A stretch of 39,984 bases of DNA from an uncultured Rhodoferax sp. (GCA_964504185.1 CAZDDK010000002.1:1-39984); one strand, 5' to 3'; counted from the stretch's first letter, positions 8,751 through 18,972 are shown. Numbers and translations are program-made. Notes: generated by a model from the sequence alone, not told the origin.

Positions 8751-11375
8751 ATGAAGCGATTGGCTGGTTTGCTTTTGTCTGCTCTGGTGTCGCTGCAAGC
8801 GCTCGCGGCCCAGGACGAAATCCCCCTGCGCCTGCCTGCGGGCGTAGTGCCCACGGCCTACCAGCTTGCGCTGGCGGTTGACCCCAACCAGGAACACCAC
8901 AGCGGCGAGGTGCACATTGGGGTGGACATCACCCAGTCCTCCGGCAGAATCCGGCTGCACGCGTCGGAGATCACCGTATCCTCCGCCGTGCTCCGCATCG
9001 CGGGAAAGTCCCTCACCGCCACGCCACGCCAGCGCAACTCCGATGTCCTGGATCTGGAGTTTGCCCAGCCCTTCCCCACCGGAAAGGGAACGCTGGACAT
9101 CGCCTTTACCGGCCGCCTGGAAGACAAGGACAGCCAGGGTCTATTCCGGCAGAAAGAGGGCGGCGAGTGGTATGCCTTCACGCAATTCGAGTCCATCAGC
9201 GCGCGGCGCGCCTTCCCCGCCTTTGATGAGCCGGGCTGGAAGGTGCCGTGGACCCTGTCACTGACGATTCCGAAAGCGATGACCGCCGTGGCCAACACAC
9301 CCATGGTGCGAGAAGCGGCAGTCGGCACGGAGCACAAGCGGGTGGAATTCCAAACCACCAGCCCCTTGCCGAGCTACCTGCTGGCGTTTGGCGTGGGTCC
9401 GTTCGACATACTGGACGGTGGCATGGCCGGCAAGACACCGGTGCGCTTCATCACACCGCGGGGGCGCGCCAGCGAAGCCACCTTTGCCGCCAGCCTGACG
9501 CCCGACATCCTGGCGCGCCTGGAAAACTACTTTGGCATGCCCTACCCGTTTGAAAAGCTGGACGTGATGGCCTTGCCCATGACCCTGAGTTTTGGTGCCA
9601 TGGAGAACCCGGGCTTGGTCACCTTCTCATCCCTGCGCCTGCTGGCCAAGCCCGGCGAGGAGTCCACTCCGTTCAAGCGCTATTTCGTCAGCACCCAGGC
9701 CCACGAACTGGCCCACATGTGGTTTGGCAACCTGGTGACCATGGCCTGGTGGGACGACCTCTGGCTCAATGAATCCTTTGCCTCCTGGATGGCCAACAAG
9801 ATCACCAGCCAGATGCCCGCCGAATTCCACGGCGAGAGCGGCACCCAGGACGCCCGGGCCTGGGCCATGCACACGGACCGCCTGCTGTCTACCTCGCAGA
9901 TCTACCAGCCCGTGACCGGCAGCTTCTCTCAAGGTGACCCGCTGGGCGGGCAGGTTTCAGCCATTGTGTATGGCAAGGGGCAAGCCACGCTGGCCATGTT
10001 CGAGACCTGGCTGGGATCTGAGCGCTTCCAGGCCGGCGTGCGCCGCTACATGGCCAAACACGCCTGGGGCAACGCCACCGGTGAGGACTTTGTGGCCGCA
10101 CTGGCGCAGGGCGACACCGAATTGGCCAACGCATTCAAAACCTTCACCCACCAGCCTGGCATTCCCCGCGTCACGGTGGCGCTGGACTGCAGGGCCAAAC
10201 CGGTCTTGAAGCTGGCGCAGTCGCGCTTTCTGCCCCAGGGCGTGAAAGCGCCTGCGGCGTCCCTGTGGGCAGTACCCGTGACGGTGCGCACGCCCGCTGG
10301 CACCGCCCAACTGTTGCTGAAAGATGCCTCCGGTGAACTGGCCCTGCCGGATGCCACCTGCCCGCCCTGGGTGCAGGCCAACGCGGGTGGATCGGGTTAC
10401 TACCGGGCCGTGTACGCCAAGGGCACCATGGCCACGCTGATGCGCAGCGCCCCGCTGGAGCACGCCGAGTTGCTGGCCAACCTCAACGATGCGCAGGCCC
10501 TCACCGAATCGGGAGACCTGTCGGTGGCCGAGGCACTCGATCTGGCCGGTCGGTTCACCGCGCATCCATCACGCGACGTCGCAGAAGCCGCCCTGGGCCT
10601 GATCGCCAACATGGAGGTTCTGCTTGAACCCGCGGACCGCCCCGCCTACGCTGCGCTGTGGCAGCGTGTTTTTGGGGAGCGCGCGCGCAGCCTGGGTTTG
10701 CTGGAACGGCTGTCCGATTCGTCGGATGACCGGCTGGTCCGCGCCAACTGGGTGGGCCGATTTGTGGAATTGGGACAGGACGCCAGCCTGCAACAGCAGG
10801 CCAAAGCCCTGGCGCGCACCTGGCTCGCAGATCGCCAAAGCCTGCCGGTCAACAGCCGGGGCCGGGTCCTGCGCGCCGCCGCACTGCATGCGGACCGGGC
10901 TTTTTTCGATGCGCTGGTGAGCGCCGCGCTGGCCAGCCCGGACCGCCGTGAGCGCGCCGACATTTACGGCGCACTGGGGAATTTCCGCACACCCGAGCTG
11001 GCCCAGGCCGGGCGCGCGCTGTGGCTGTCGCCCGCACACGATGTCCGCGAGGTCATGACCGCCGCCCGCGCGCGGGGGCGCCCGGAGCGTGTGCAGGAAT
11101 CCCTGTTCCAGTTCATGGACCACCATTTGACCGACCTGTCCGGCAAACTTCCCACCGAAATGGTGGCGCGCTTTCCACACATGTTTGCCGGTGCCTGCAC
11201 GCAGCAACAGGCGCAAAAGTTGGAGGCACTCTTCACACCCTGGCTGGCCCGTGTGGATGGCATGGCCAAGTCGCTGGAGCAGTCCTTGGAAACGGTGCGC
11301 CTGTGCGCCCACTACCGTGCTGCGCAACAGACCAGCCTGAAAGGCTTTCTAAAGCCCTTGCGGCCCACCTTGTAG
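8751..11375 (+). CDS. Exported M1 family zinc aminopeptidase (ERAP1-like C-terminal domain)
   Basis: Signal peptide; TQFE..ARRAFPAFDEP, GAMENPGL, HELAHMWFGNLVT..WW..LWLNE (HEXXH-X18-E), YGKG. Confidence 0.95.
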   Translation: MKRLAGLLLSALVSLQALAAQDEIPLRLPAGVVPTAYQLALAVDPNQEHHSGEVHIGVDITQSSGRIRLHASEITVSSAVLRIAGKSLTATPRQRNSDVLDLEFAQPFPTGKGTLDIAFTGRLEDKDSQGLFRQKEGGEWYAFTQFESISARRAFPAFDEPGWKVPWTLSLTIPKAMTAVANTPMVREAAVGTEHKRVEFQTTSPLPSYLLAFGVGPFDILDGGMAGKTPVRFITPRGRASEATFAASLTPDILARLENYFGMPYPFEKLDVMALPMTLSFGAMENPGLVTFSSLRLLAKPGEESTPFKRYFVSTQAHELAHMWFGNLVTMAWWDDLWLNESFASWMANKITSQMPAEFHGESGTQDARAWAMHTDRLLSTSQIYQPVTGSFSQGDPLGGQVSAIVYGKGQATLAMFETWLGSERFQAGVRRYMAKHAWGNATGEDFVAALAQGDTELANAFKTFTHQPGIPRVTVALDCRAKPVLKLAQSRFLPQGVKAPAASLWAVPVTVRTPAGTAQLLLKDASGELALPDATCPPWVQANAGGSGYYRAVYAKGTMATLMRSAPLEHAELLANLNDAQALTESGDLSVAEALDLAGRFTAHPSRDVAEAALGLIANMEVLLEPADRPAYAALWQRVFGERARSLGLLERLSDSSDDRLVRANWVGRFVELGQDASLQQQAKALARTWLADRQSLPVNSRGRVLRAAALHADRAFFDALVSAALASPDRRERADIYGALGNFRTPELAQAGRALWLSPAHDVREVMTAARARGRPERVQESLFQFMDHHLTDLSGKLPTEMVARFPHMFAGACTQQQAQKLEALFTPWLARVDGMAKSLEQSLETVRLCAHYRAAQQTSLKGFLKPLRPTL

Positions 11376-11387
11376 TCCCGCGCATTC

Positions 11388-12056
11388 TTAGGAAATTGGC
11401 TGTGCCCAGCGCTCCAAGCGGGGCAGCCAGTCCCCCAGAATATCGGCGGACACCGCTACGTGGTGGGCCCGTCCGATCAGCAGGTGGCGCGGCACCACGC
11501 CCATGAAACGGGAGTCGGCGCTGTTGTCCCGGTTGTCGCCCAGAAAGAAGTAGTGGTCTTTCGCAACCGTGACAGGACCGAAGTCGCGCACGGCGGCAAC
11601 GTCGGGCAGAAACTGCACCTTGCGGGCACTTCCGCCCACATGTTCGGTGACTTGCAGGGCTGCGGTGGAGGCACCGTTCCCCAGCGGTTCGGTCGTGGTG
11701 CGCACCCCGTCGTATTCGGCACGGACCCCGTTGAGGTACAGCACCGCGTTTCGCATCTCCACCACGTCGCCGGGTACACCGACCAGGCGTTTGATCATGC
11801 GCGTGCCATCCGCGGGCGCACTGAAGGTAATGACGTCACCTCGGCGCGGCGCGCCCGTTTCCAGCAGAGACACATCGCTGAGTGGGAGCTTGAAGTCATA
11901 CGCCAACCGGTTCACCAGCACCACATCACCCTCGACCAGGGTGGGGCGCATGGACCCCGACGGGATGGGGTTCCAGTCGGCAATGGCCAAGCGGAAGAAT
12001 CCAAAACACACCAGAAATGCAATGAAACCCCGGTTGTCTTTGAAGAAAGGTGGCAT
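11388..12056 (-). CDS. Signal peptidase I (S26) paralog
   Basis: IPSGSMRPTL (catalytic Ser), IKRLVGVPGD (Lys), GDNRDNSADSR. Not in the lepA-lepB-rnc context. Confidence 0.92.
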   Translation of the reverse strand: MPPFFKDNRGFIAFLVCFGFFRLAIADWNPIPSGSMRPTLVEGDVVLVNRLAYDFKLPLSDVSLLETGAPRRGDVITFSAPADGTRMIKRLVGVPGDVVEMRNAVLYLNGVRAEYDGVRTTTEPLGNGASTAALQVTEHVGGSARKVQFLPDVAAVRDFGPVTVAKDHYFFLGDNRDNSADSRFMGVVPRHLLIGRAHHVAVSADILGDWLPRLERWAQPIS

Positions 12057-12095
12057 GGCGGGCTCCTGAGATGTGGGGCGATTCAGCATGCCGAC

Positions 12096-12314
12096 TCAGG
12101 CGCGGCGGGTGGTCACCACTACGCGCTCCAGTGTGACCACGGCGCGCTCGGCGGTCTGCTGGGCCAGCACGGTCGTGTCAGGCTGGCTGCGATCTCCGCG
12201 CTCGGCGATGCGGTCAAAGCCCATCAGCATCGTGCCCTGCCATGACAGGGTCATGATGGCGGCAAAGGCCAGGCCCGTGGTGCGCAGACGCTTGGTGGTG
12301 GGGAGAGGGGACAT
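12096..12314 (-). CDS. 72-aa microprotein with N-terminal hydrophobic segment and TonB-box-like tail
   Basis: AGGAG RBS; MSPLPTTKRLRTTGLAFAAIMTLSWQGTMLMGF...VVTLERVVVTTRRA. Confidence 0.7.
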   Translation of the reverse strand: MSPLPTTKRLRTTGLAFAAIMTLSWQGTMLMGFDRIAERGDRSQPDTTVLAQQTAERAVVTLERVVVTTRRA

Positions 12315-12389
12315 GGTGGACTCCTGTGAATGGATCTTGCGACCCGATGCACGGACTGTAGGACTGCGCGCCACCGGGTTCCAGCGGTT

Positions 12390-12422
12390 TGCGACGAACT
12401 GCCGCCGGCTGCGAGGGACGGC
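12390..12422 (-). promoter_or_regulatory. Imperfect direct repeats resembling LytTR (AlgR-type) sites
   Basis: Minus strand GCCGTCCCTCGCA and GCAGTTCGTCGCA, 20 bp apart, similar to CCGTTCGTC; a TACAGT -10 candidate lies downstream. Confidence 0.4.
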
Positions 12423-12445
12423 ACCATGCAAGCACCAGACAGTCT

Positions 12446-13579
12446 TTAGCGTGCCACCGCCGTGCGGCCCGCCAGGCCCGAGCCGAGCGCTGGCGCACCA
12501 CCTTGTTCCGCCAGAATCTGCAGGTGGTGCAACAGGTGCGCACTGCTGCCCCGTGCCAACGAATCCTGCAGGCGCGCGGCGGCCTTCATGGAGGCAAGCG
12601 CCTCGGCCAGGTGGTCGGCTTTCTCGGCAATGCGCGCGTTTTCCCGTTCGATGCGCAGGGCGATGTGCTTGGCGTTGGCCCGCTCAGCCGCACGGCGCGC
12701 CTGTGCAATGGCGGTGTGGGCCTCGTTCAACTGCCCCAGTTCCGATTGGCACTGGGCGCGCAGGAGAAACAAAGTGGCCAGTGCCCAGTGGTGCGCGCTG
12801 GCTTGCAACGCCGTTTGTGCCGGCACCAGCATGGCCAGCGCCTGGGCACAATCCCCCTTGAGCGCCTGGACTTCGGCCATGCGCACCTGGCATTCGTTGG
12901 CAATGTCGTGCATTTCCTCAGCCAGGGCCAGGGCCTGCCCCCGTTGCAAGCTGTTCAGCGCCGCGTCCAGTTGTCCTAAACGCATCTGGTTGACGCCGAG
13001 GTTGACTGTATTGACCGCCTTGAGTTCGCGCAGGCGCATGTCAAACCGCGCCCGCTGTACCAGTGGCAGGCGCTGGCGGGCGGCGGTGGAGTTTTCCAGT
13101 TCGCGCCCCAGGTCGGTAAACAGTTTCACGGCGACATCCGGCGCATCCAGCGCGTCACAAATTTGGCCCATGCCCAGCTTGCACCAGCAGCCGCTGATGC
13201 GATCGCCGTCGCGCATGGCCACCTCCATCCCTTCGGTCCAATGGCCCAGGGCAACGCCATACTCCGCGCGGGAGTAATAGGCACGGCCTATCAGGTACAG
13301 CATGTGGGACTGCTCACCAAACTCACCACAGCGCTTGGCGCAGTCCACCGCCTCGCGCAGCCAGGCGATGGAGGCGTCGGAGTAGCCATCCTGGTCCAGA
13401 ACCAGAGCAAAGGTCTGCGCGATCAGCACAAAGGCGGCGTCATCGCCCATGCTGCGCGCCTTTTCCAGGGCACTCAGGCAATCGCCGAACAATGCCGCCC
13501 CGTGGTCCTTGCGACCGGCTTGTTGAAGTTGCGCGACCAGGGGGCGCAGGGAATGGTGGGTGGCGTCAAATAGCAGCAT
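12446..13579 (-). CDS. Tetratricopeptide-repeat-like helical protein
   Basis: Recurrent TPR-like segments (LYLIGRAYYSRAEYGVAL, NLGVNQMRLGQLDAAL, RAQCQSELGQLNEA); no catalytic domain seen. Confidence 0.75.
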   Translation of the reverse strand: MLLFDATHHSLRPLVAQLQQAGRKDHGAALFGDCLSALEKARSMGDDAAFVLIAQTFALVLDQDGYSDASIAWLREAVDCAKRCGEFGEQSHMLYLIGRAYYSRAEYGVALGHWTEGMEVAMRDGDRISGCWCKLGMGQICDALDAPDVAVKLFTDLGRELENSTAARQRLPLVQRARFDMRLRELKAVNTVNLGVNQMRLGQLDAALNSLQRGQALALAEEMHDIANECQVRMAEVQALKGDCAQALAMLVPAQTALQASAHHWALATLFLLRAQCQSELGQLNEAHTAIAQARRAAERANAKHIALRIERENARIAEKADHLAEALASMKAAARLQDSLARGSSAHLLHHLQILAEQGGAPALGSGLAGRTAVAR

Positions 13580-13594
13580 GCGAGGTCCTGTATC

Positions 13595-15829
13595 CTACCC
13601 GCGATCCTGCGTCGTGCGCGACTCCGGCACCCAGCGCTTCAGCAGCAGGGCATTGCCCATGACGCTGACCGAGCTCAGGGCCATGGCGGCCCCGGCCACC
13701 ACCGGATTCAGGTAGCCCAGTGCCGCCAGGGGAATTCCCGCCACGTTGTAGGCGAATGCCCAGAACAGGTTTTGCCGGATCTTGGCCACCGTGCGGTCGG
13801 ATATATCCAGTGCAGCCGCCACCAGCGACAGGTCTCCGCGCATCAGCGTGATGCCGGCGGCGTGCATCGCCACGTCGGTGCCATTGCCCATGGCCAGCCC
13901 TACGTCCGCCGCCGCCAGCGCGGGCGCGTCATTGACCCCATCGCCCACCATGGCAACGGTCCGCGCGCCGCCTTCTTTCAACCGGGCCACCAAGGCCGCT
14001 TTGTCGCCAGGCAGCACCTCGGCCATGACCTCGCCCGCATCCGGGCGCAATCCCAGTCGCTGGGCCATGGCCTGGGCAGCGCCCCGGTTGTCCCCTGAAA
14101 CCATCACCGTCCTGATGCCGCGTGCGCGCAAGGCCGTCAGTGCCTCCTTGGCACCGGTTTTGGGTTCGTCACCAAAGGCCATCAAGGCCTGCAGCACCCA
14201 TCCAGCGGAACCCCGTTCGGCCAGTGCCGACACGGTGTGGCCCTGGTCCTGCAGGTGCTTCGCGTGTGCGTCCAGGGGGCCCAGGGAGACGCCCAGCTCA
14301 TCCATCCAGCGCAGACTGCCCATGCGGAAACTGCGCGCGCCCACCTCGCCCTCGCTGCCACGACCCGCCACGGCGCGCACCTGGTCGGCCGCCCCGATGC
14401 CGATGCCCTGCTCCTTGGCCGCCGCCAGTGTGGCGCGGGCCAGCGGGTGCTCGCTGCCGCTTTGCAGGCAGGCGGCCACGCGCAACACCTCGCGCTCGTC
14501 GGTTTCCGGCGCAGCCACCAGCGCCGTCAGGCGCGGCTGGCCCACGGTCAGGGTGCCGGTCTTGTCAAAGGCCACCACGTCTACCTGGTGCGCCAGTTCC
14601 AGGGCCTGCGCGTCTTTGATCAAAATGCCGTGCCTGGCCGCCACCCCGGTACCGGCCATGATGGCCGCCGGCGTAGCCAGCCCCAGCGCGCAGGGACAGG
14701 CAATCACCAGCACGGCAACCGCGCGGATGAGCGCCAGCTCAAAGGTGTGACCGCTCAGCCACCAGCCCAGCAGGGTGCACAGCGAAATCAGCAATACCGT
14801 CGGCACAAATACCGCGCTCACCCGGTCCACCAGGCGTTGAATCGGTGCCTTGGCGGCCTGCGCGTCTTCCACCAGTTGGATGATGCGGGAGAGCACCGTG
14901 TCCACTCCGACCGCGCAGACTTGCAGCACCACGCGGCCATCGCCGTTGATCGAGCCGCCGGTCAGCCGGTCGCCGACGTCCTTGGGCACCGGCAGCGGTT
15001 CGCCCGTCAGCATGGATTCGTCCACCTGGGTGCTCCCCTCCAGCAGCGTGCCATCCACCGGAAAGCGTTCGCCGGGTTTGACCACCAGCCGGTCATGGAC
15101 CATGACCTCCAGCACCGGCACATCCACCTCACCGTCCGTGCCCAGCAGGTGGGCCACGTCCGGACGCAAGGCGTGCAACGCCCGAATGGCGGCGGTGGTT
15201 TGCCGTTTGGCGCGTGCCTCCAGCCATTTGCCCAGCAGCACCAGGGTCACTACCACCGCCGAGCCTTCGAAATACAGGTGCACCATGGCTCCCTGTGGGG
15301 CACTCAGCCACAGCCACATGGACAAGGCCCAACCTGCCGTGGTGCCAATGGCCACCAGCAGATCCATGTTGCCAGCCAGTGCGCGCAACGCGTGCCAGCC
15401 CGCCTTGTAGAAGCGCGCACCCAGGATGAACTGCACCGGAGTGGCCAGGGCGAACTGTATCCACGCGGCCAGCATCCAGTGTTGGCCAAACAGGTCCCCC
15501 ACCATGGGCAATGCCAGGGGTGCCGACAAGAGCAAACCCCACGCCACCGGCGCAAATCCTGCCCACGGCGAGGCGGCGTCCCCCGCATCCATTTGCTCGG
15601 GGGTGCGGGGCTCGTAGCCTGCATCCCGCACGGCGCGGCGCAGGCGTGCGGGCATTTGCGCATCACCGACAAAGCTGACGCGGGCCGACTCGGTGGCCAG
15701 ATTGACCGTGGCCTCGGTGACTCCGGGGACCCGCTTCAAGGCCTTCTCGACCCGTCCTACGCAGGAGGCACAGGTCATGCCGCCAATGCCGATGTCCAAT
15801 GGGGAGGCGGTGTGTTCAGTGGTAGTCAT
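13595..15829 (-). CDS. copA: Cu(I)-translocating P1B-type ATPase
   Basis: GMTCASC metal-binding domain, [32 protein letters not shown] and MALSS. Confidence 0.95.
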   Translation of the reverse strand: MTTTEHTASPLDIGIGGMTCASCVGRVEKALKRVPGVTEATVNLATESARVSFVGDAQMPARLRRAVRDAGYEPRTPEQMDAGDAASPWAGFAPVAWGLLLSAPLALPMVGDLFGQHWMLAAWIQFALATPVQFILGARFYKAGWHALRALAGNMDLLVAIGTTAGWALSMWLWLSAPQGAMVHLYFEGSAVVVTLVLLGKWLEARAKRQTTAAIRALHALRPDVAHLLGTDGEVDVPVLEVMVHDRLVVKPGERFPVDGTLLEGSTQVDESMLTGEPLPVPKDVGDRLTGGSINGDGRVVLQVCAVGVDTVLSRIIQLVEDAQAAKAPIQRLVDRVSAVFVPTVLLISLCTLLGWWLSGHTFELALIRAVAVLVIACPCALGLATPAAIMAGTGVAARHGILIKDAQALELAHQVDVVAFDKTGTLTVGQPRLTALVAAPETDEREVLRVAACLQSGSEHPLARATLAAAKEQGIGIGAADQVRAVAGRGSEGEVGARSFRMGSLRWMDELGVSLGPLDAHAKHLQDQGHTVSALAERGSAGWVLQALMAFGDEPKTGAKEALTALRARGIRTVMVSGDNRGAAQAMAQRLGLRPDAGEVMAEVLPGDKAALVARLKEGGARTVAMVGDGVNDAPALAAADVGLAMGNGTDVAMHAAGITLMRGDLSLVAAALDISDRTVAKIRQNLFWAFAYNVAGIPLAALGYLNPVVAGAAMALSSVSVMGNALLLKRWVPESRTTQDRG

Positions 15830-15930
15830 GGGGGGCGGGCTTCTCATCCAAATTACGATCCGCCGTGCGCCGCTGGCGACACGCCGTGGTTGCGACTATG
15901 CTCCGCATTTACCTTCATTCGGACCATTTC

Positions 15931-16134
15931 ATGAGCCAGACCCTTACTTTTACCGTCACCGGCATGACCTGCGGCCACTGCGAGAAAGCCGTCACGCGGG
16001 CATTGCTCCAAGTGGATCCCCAGGCGCAGGTGCAGATTGACCGCGCGCACGACCGGGTGCAAGTGCAGTCCAGCCAACCGCGCGAAGCCTTGGCGCACGC
16101 CATCGCGGAGGAAGGCTACGCCGTCGCGGCCTGA
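15931..16134 (+). CDS. copZ: Heavy-metal-associated copper chaperone
   Basis: VTGMTCGHCEKAV...IAEEGY; divergent from copA. Confidence 0.9.
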   Translation: MSQTLTFTVTGMTCGHCEKAVTRALLQVDPQAQVQIDRAHDRVQVQSSQPREALAHAIAEEGYAVAA

Positions 16135-16170
16135 CACCGGCAGATCGGCGCAGCCCGCTACACTGAATCC

Positions 16171-16821
16171 ATGCCTGAACCCACCGCCCTGTACCCCTCT
16201 CTGGCGCAGGTGCGCCCCTCTTTGGCGGAGCTTGGGCCCAGCATGGCCCCTGTTTGCGTGCCAGCTGGCGTCGTGTTGTTCAACGCGCATTCGCCCTGCG
16301 AAGGCTTTCCCCTGGTGCTCGATGGCGAGGTCAAGGTCTCCCGCCACTCCAGCGACGGCCGCACGTTGGAGCTGTACCGCGTGCAGCCCGGCGAGCTGTG
16401 CCTGGTCTCCAGCGCCTGCCTGTTTCGCAACCAGCCCCTCATGGCCCACGGCACCAGCACCAAGCCCAGCACCTTGCTCTTGATTCCCCCAGCCGTGTTC
16501 ACCCAGTGGCTGGAAACCCCCGCGTTTCGCGACGAAGTGCTGGGACACTTTGCCGAACGCATGGCCGATCTCACCGGACTGATTGATGCCGTGGCCTTTC
16601 ATAAGCTGGACCAGCGCCTGGCTGCCGCCCTGCTGGGACGGGGCCAGCACCTGGCCCTGACGCACCAGCAATTGGCCGATGAACTGGGTACCGTGCGCGA
16701 AATCGTTTCCCGCCTGCTGCGCCGCTTTGAGCGCGAAGGCTGGGTCGAGCTGGCGCGCGAACACATCCACATTTGCAACAGCGCCGCCCTGCGTGCCGTG
16801 GCGTCGGCCCAGCCCCTGTAG
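16171..16821 (+). CDS. Crp/Fnr family transcriptional regulator
   Basis: cNMP-like domain (GEVKV...LYRVQPGELC) and HTH LTHQQLADELGTVREIVSRLL. Confidence 0.92.
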   Translation: MPEPTALYPSLAQVRPSLAELGPSMAPVCVPAGVVLFNAHSPCEGFPLVLDGEVKVSRHSSDGRTLELYRVQPGELCLVSSACLFRNQPLMAHGTSTKPSTLLLIPPAVFTQWLETPAFRDEVLGHFAERMADLTGLIDAVAFHKLDQRLAAALLGRGQHLALTHQQLADELGTVREIVSRLLRRFEREGWVELAREHIHICNSAALRAVASAQPL

Positions 16822-16865
16822 GGGCCTGAGCGGCGGGCCGTATTCACGGTGCCCAAGGATGCGGT

Positions 16866-16920
16866 TGCTATAATTTTGATAGCCACATAGGCAATATTTA
16901 CGCGGGCTGGATGCCGATTT
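16866..16920 (+). repeat. Bipartite dispersed motif, copy 2
   Basis: GCTAT(16867)-AATTTTG-ATAGC-N17-CGCGGGCTGG(16901-16910). Confidence 0.85.
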
Positions 16921-16978
16921 CGTCATCATTCCCGTATGCCAATCGAACCCGCAGCCCCCACGACCTGGGGGGCTGCAT

Positions 16979-17024
16979 TTGACAATGCGCGGCAGCACGA
17001 TTAGATTCATGTCACATGCATCTT
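16979..17024 (+). promoter_or_regulatory. Sigma70 promoter overlapped by an NsrR-like operator
   Basis: TTGACA(16979)-17 bp-TAGATT(17002). The 23-bp TAGATTCATGT-C-ACATGCATCTT (17002-17024) resembles the 11-1-11 NsrR consensus AAGATGCATTT-N-AAATGCATCTT. Confidence 0.75.
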
Positions 17025-17042
17025 ATTTCAAGGATACCCGCC

Positions 17043-17378
17043 ATGGCCATTTACCTGACCGAAACCGCCGCCCGCCAGATCAACGCCCAGATTGCCAAAC
17101 GCGGCAGCGGCCTGGGTCTGCGCGTGGGGGTCAAACCCGTGGGCTGCTCGGGCCTGGCCTACACCTACGACATTGCCGACGCACTCGCCAACGATGACCA
17201 GGTGTTTGAGCATTTCGGGGCCAAGCTGGTGGTGGATGCCAAGGCGCTTGCCGCCATTGACGGCGCTCGCCTGGACTATGTGAGCGAGGGCATGAAAAAG
17301 ACCTTCCAGTTCGACAACCCCAATGTGGGCAGTACCTGCGGTTGTGGCGAGAGCTTCAATCTGAAGAAAACGCCCTGA
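17043..17378 (+). CDS. A-type Fe-S cluster carrier (IscA/HesB family)
   Basis: GLRVGVKPVGCSGLAY...FDNPN...CGCGESF, with three conserved Cys. Confidence 0.93.
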   Translation: MAIYLTETAARQINAQIAKRGSGLGLRVGVKPVGCSGLAYTYDIADALANDDQVFEHFGAKLVVDAKALAAIDGARLDYVSEGMKKTFQFDNPNVGSTCGCGESFNLKKTP

Positions 17379-17405
17379 GGTCGCTTACGGCCCCGATTCT
17401 GGGCC

Positions 17406-17690
17406 TTAACCGCCGCAGGCACCGCAGCAATGGTCCACGCCGTGCTTGCCGGGGCGTTTGGTCACCGCAACGCGCCAGACCGAGGGGCCACTTTCCAGGT
17501 ATTCCCAGGTGAAGAGATTGGGCTTTTCCAGTTCAAACTGGCTGCGCAGTGTCAGTGGGTCGTGGTCGTTGACCAGTTCCATGCTGGCATCCACCGCCAA
17601 TTGGTCAAACGCCCAAAAAACCAGGGTACGGCGATTTTTGGGTTCCATGGGACGGGTATCAACTTGGACCCTATCGGTCGTCTGTGTCAT
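17406..17690 (-). CDS. DUF2249 family protein with C-terminal CCGACGG
   Basis: VDTRPMEP...FDQL...LVNDHDP...YLESGPSVWRV; AGGAGA RBS. Confidence 0.85.
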   Translation of the reverse strand: MTQTTDRVQVDTRPMEPKNRRTLVFWAFDQLAVDASMELVNDHDPLTLRSQFELEKPNLFTWEYLESGPSVWRVAVTKRPGKHGVDHCCGACGG

Positions 17691-17721
17691 AGGTTCTCCT
17701 AAAAATGGTGCAGACAATTAT

Positions 17722-17744
17722 AAGATATACAATAAATACAGCTT
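17722..17744. promoter_or_regulatory. NsrR-like operator between divergent DUF2249 and nnrS
   Basis: 23-bp AAGATATACAATAAATACAGCTT, with outer arms extending to TATAAG...CTTATA. Confidence 0.75.
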
Positions 17745-17763
17745 ATAGCTTTCTCATACTGCC

Positions 17764-18972
17764 ATGTCGACCAAACCCGTACGTCCCACCACCATTCTCC
17801 TGCAACCCCAGGAACCCGCAGCCAAGGGCCCGGCCGCGCCCAGCCTGCAGGCGTTTCTGGAACTGGCCTTTCGCCCGCTGTATCTGGCGGGCACGGGCTG
17901 GGCACTGGTTGCCATTGCGCTGTGGATCTATGCACCGGGTCTGTTGACCGGGCCCTTGGGCGGCATTGCATGGCATGCACACGAGATGCTGTGGGGCTTC
18001 ATTGCCACCATTGCCCTGGCCTTTTTGATGACGGCGGGAGCCAGCTGGACCGGCATCACCCCCATGACCGGGCGCTTTCTGGCCGTGGTCTGCGCCCTGT
18101 GGGTTTGTGCGCGCGTGGGCTATTTGTTGCCGTGGGAGACCGCCTTCTGGGTCGCCATGGCTGCAGAGTTGGCGTTTTTCTTGTCGGGTGCGGTGGCCAT
18201 GATGCGCGCCGTCGTGATTTCTAAAAACAGCCGCAATTACGCGGTACCCGGTCTGTTGGCCGGTCTGGGGGGCATCGATGCCCTGTATCTGCTCACCGCA
18301 CGAGACGGTGACTATCTGCTGCTGATGCAGCGTTTCAACTCCGGCCTGGTGGTCATGGCACTGATTGCCTTGCTGATTGGACGCCGCGTCATCCCGTTTT
18401 TCGCCATGCGGGCCGTGCACGATCTGGCCCTTCCCAAACACCAGGAGACCGGCTGGGTGCAGTTGGGTGCCTGCGCCGTGGCGGCGGTGAGCCTGCTGGC
18501 GGGTCTTGCCATCCCGGCTGCCGTGGGGCTGGGCCTGGCCGGTGTGCTGGCCCTGGTTCAGCTGGTGAGCTGGAAGCCCCTGGCGGTACGGACCAACGCC
18601 CTGCTGTGGATTTTGTATGTGGGCTATGCCTGTATTGGCCTGGGGCTGCTGATGGCCGCCTTGGCCTTGGCCGGAGTGGACATACCGCGCGTGCTGCCGG
18701 TGCACATGATCGCCATGGCCGGTTTTTCGGTCCTGATCATTGGCATGGTCACGCGCACCGCTCTGGGCCACACGGGTCGCCCGCTGGCCACGGACCGCAC
18801 CATCCGCGCCAGCTACTGGCTGATGCTGATCGCCGCCGGCCTGCGCCTGGCAGCCATTGCGGCCACGCCCGCCAGCACGGCGCTTTTGCACATGGCGGCG
18901 CTGGCGTGGATGGCCTCACTGGCTCTGTACCTGTGGCAGTTCACACCGATTTTGATCCGCCCGCGCGCGTGA
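17764..18972 (+). CDS. nnrS: NnrS family NO-response membrane protein
   Basis: LAFRPLYLAG, WHAHEMLWGF, FLMTA..WTG, IGRRVIPFF, MVTRTALGHTGRPL. Confidence 0.93.
   Translation: MSTKPVRPTTILLQPQEPAAKGPAAPSLQAFLELAFRPLYLAGTGWALVAIALWIYAPGLLTGPLGGIAWHAHEMLWGFIATIALAFLMTAGASWTGITPMTGRFLAVVCALWVCARVGYLLPWETAFWVAMAAELAFFLSGAVAMMRAVVISKNSRNYAVPGLLAGLGGIDALYLLTARDGDYLLLMQRFNSGLVVMALIALLIGRRVIPFFAMRAVHDLALPKHQETGWVQLGACAVAAVSLLAGLAIPAAVGLGLAGVLALVQLVSWKPLAVRTNALLWILYVGYACIGLGLLMAALALAGVDIPRVLPVHMIAMAGFSVLIIGMVTRTALGHTGRPLATDRTIRASYWLMLIAAGLRLAAIAATPASTALLHMAALAWMASLALYLWQFTPILIRPRA

Noticed and set aside
14237-15934. Long overlapping ORFs (14237-15934 +, 32061-33599 -, 17743-18891 -, 15853-17010 -, 25939-27039 +, 24667-25434 +)
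   Set aside because: Antisense or shadow frames of well-supported genes, expected in high-GC DNA; no recognisable motifs.
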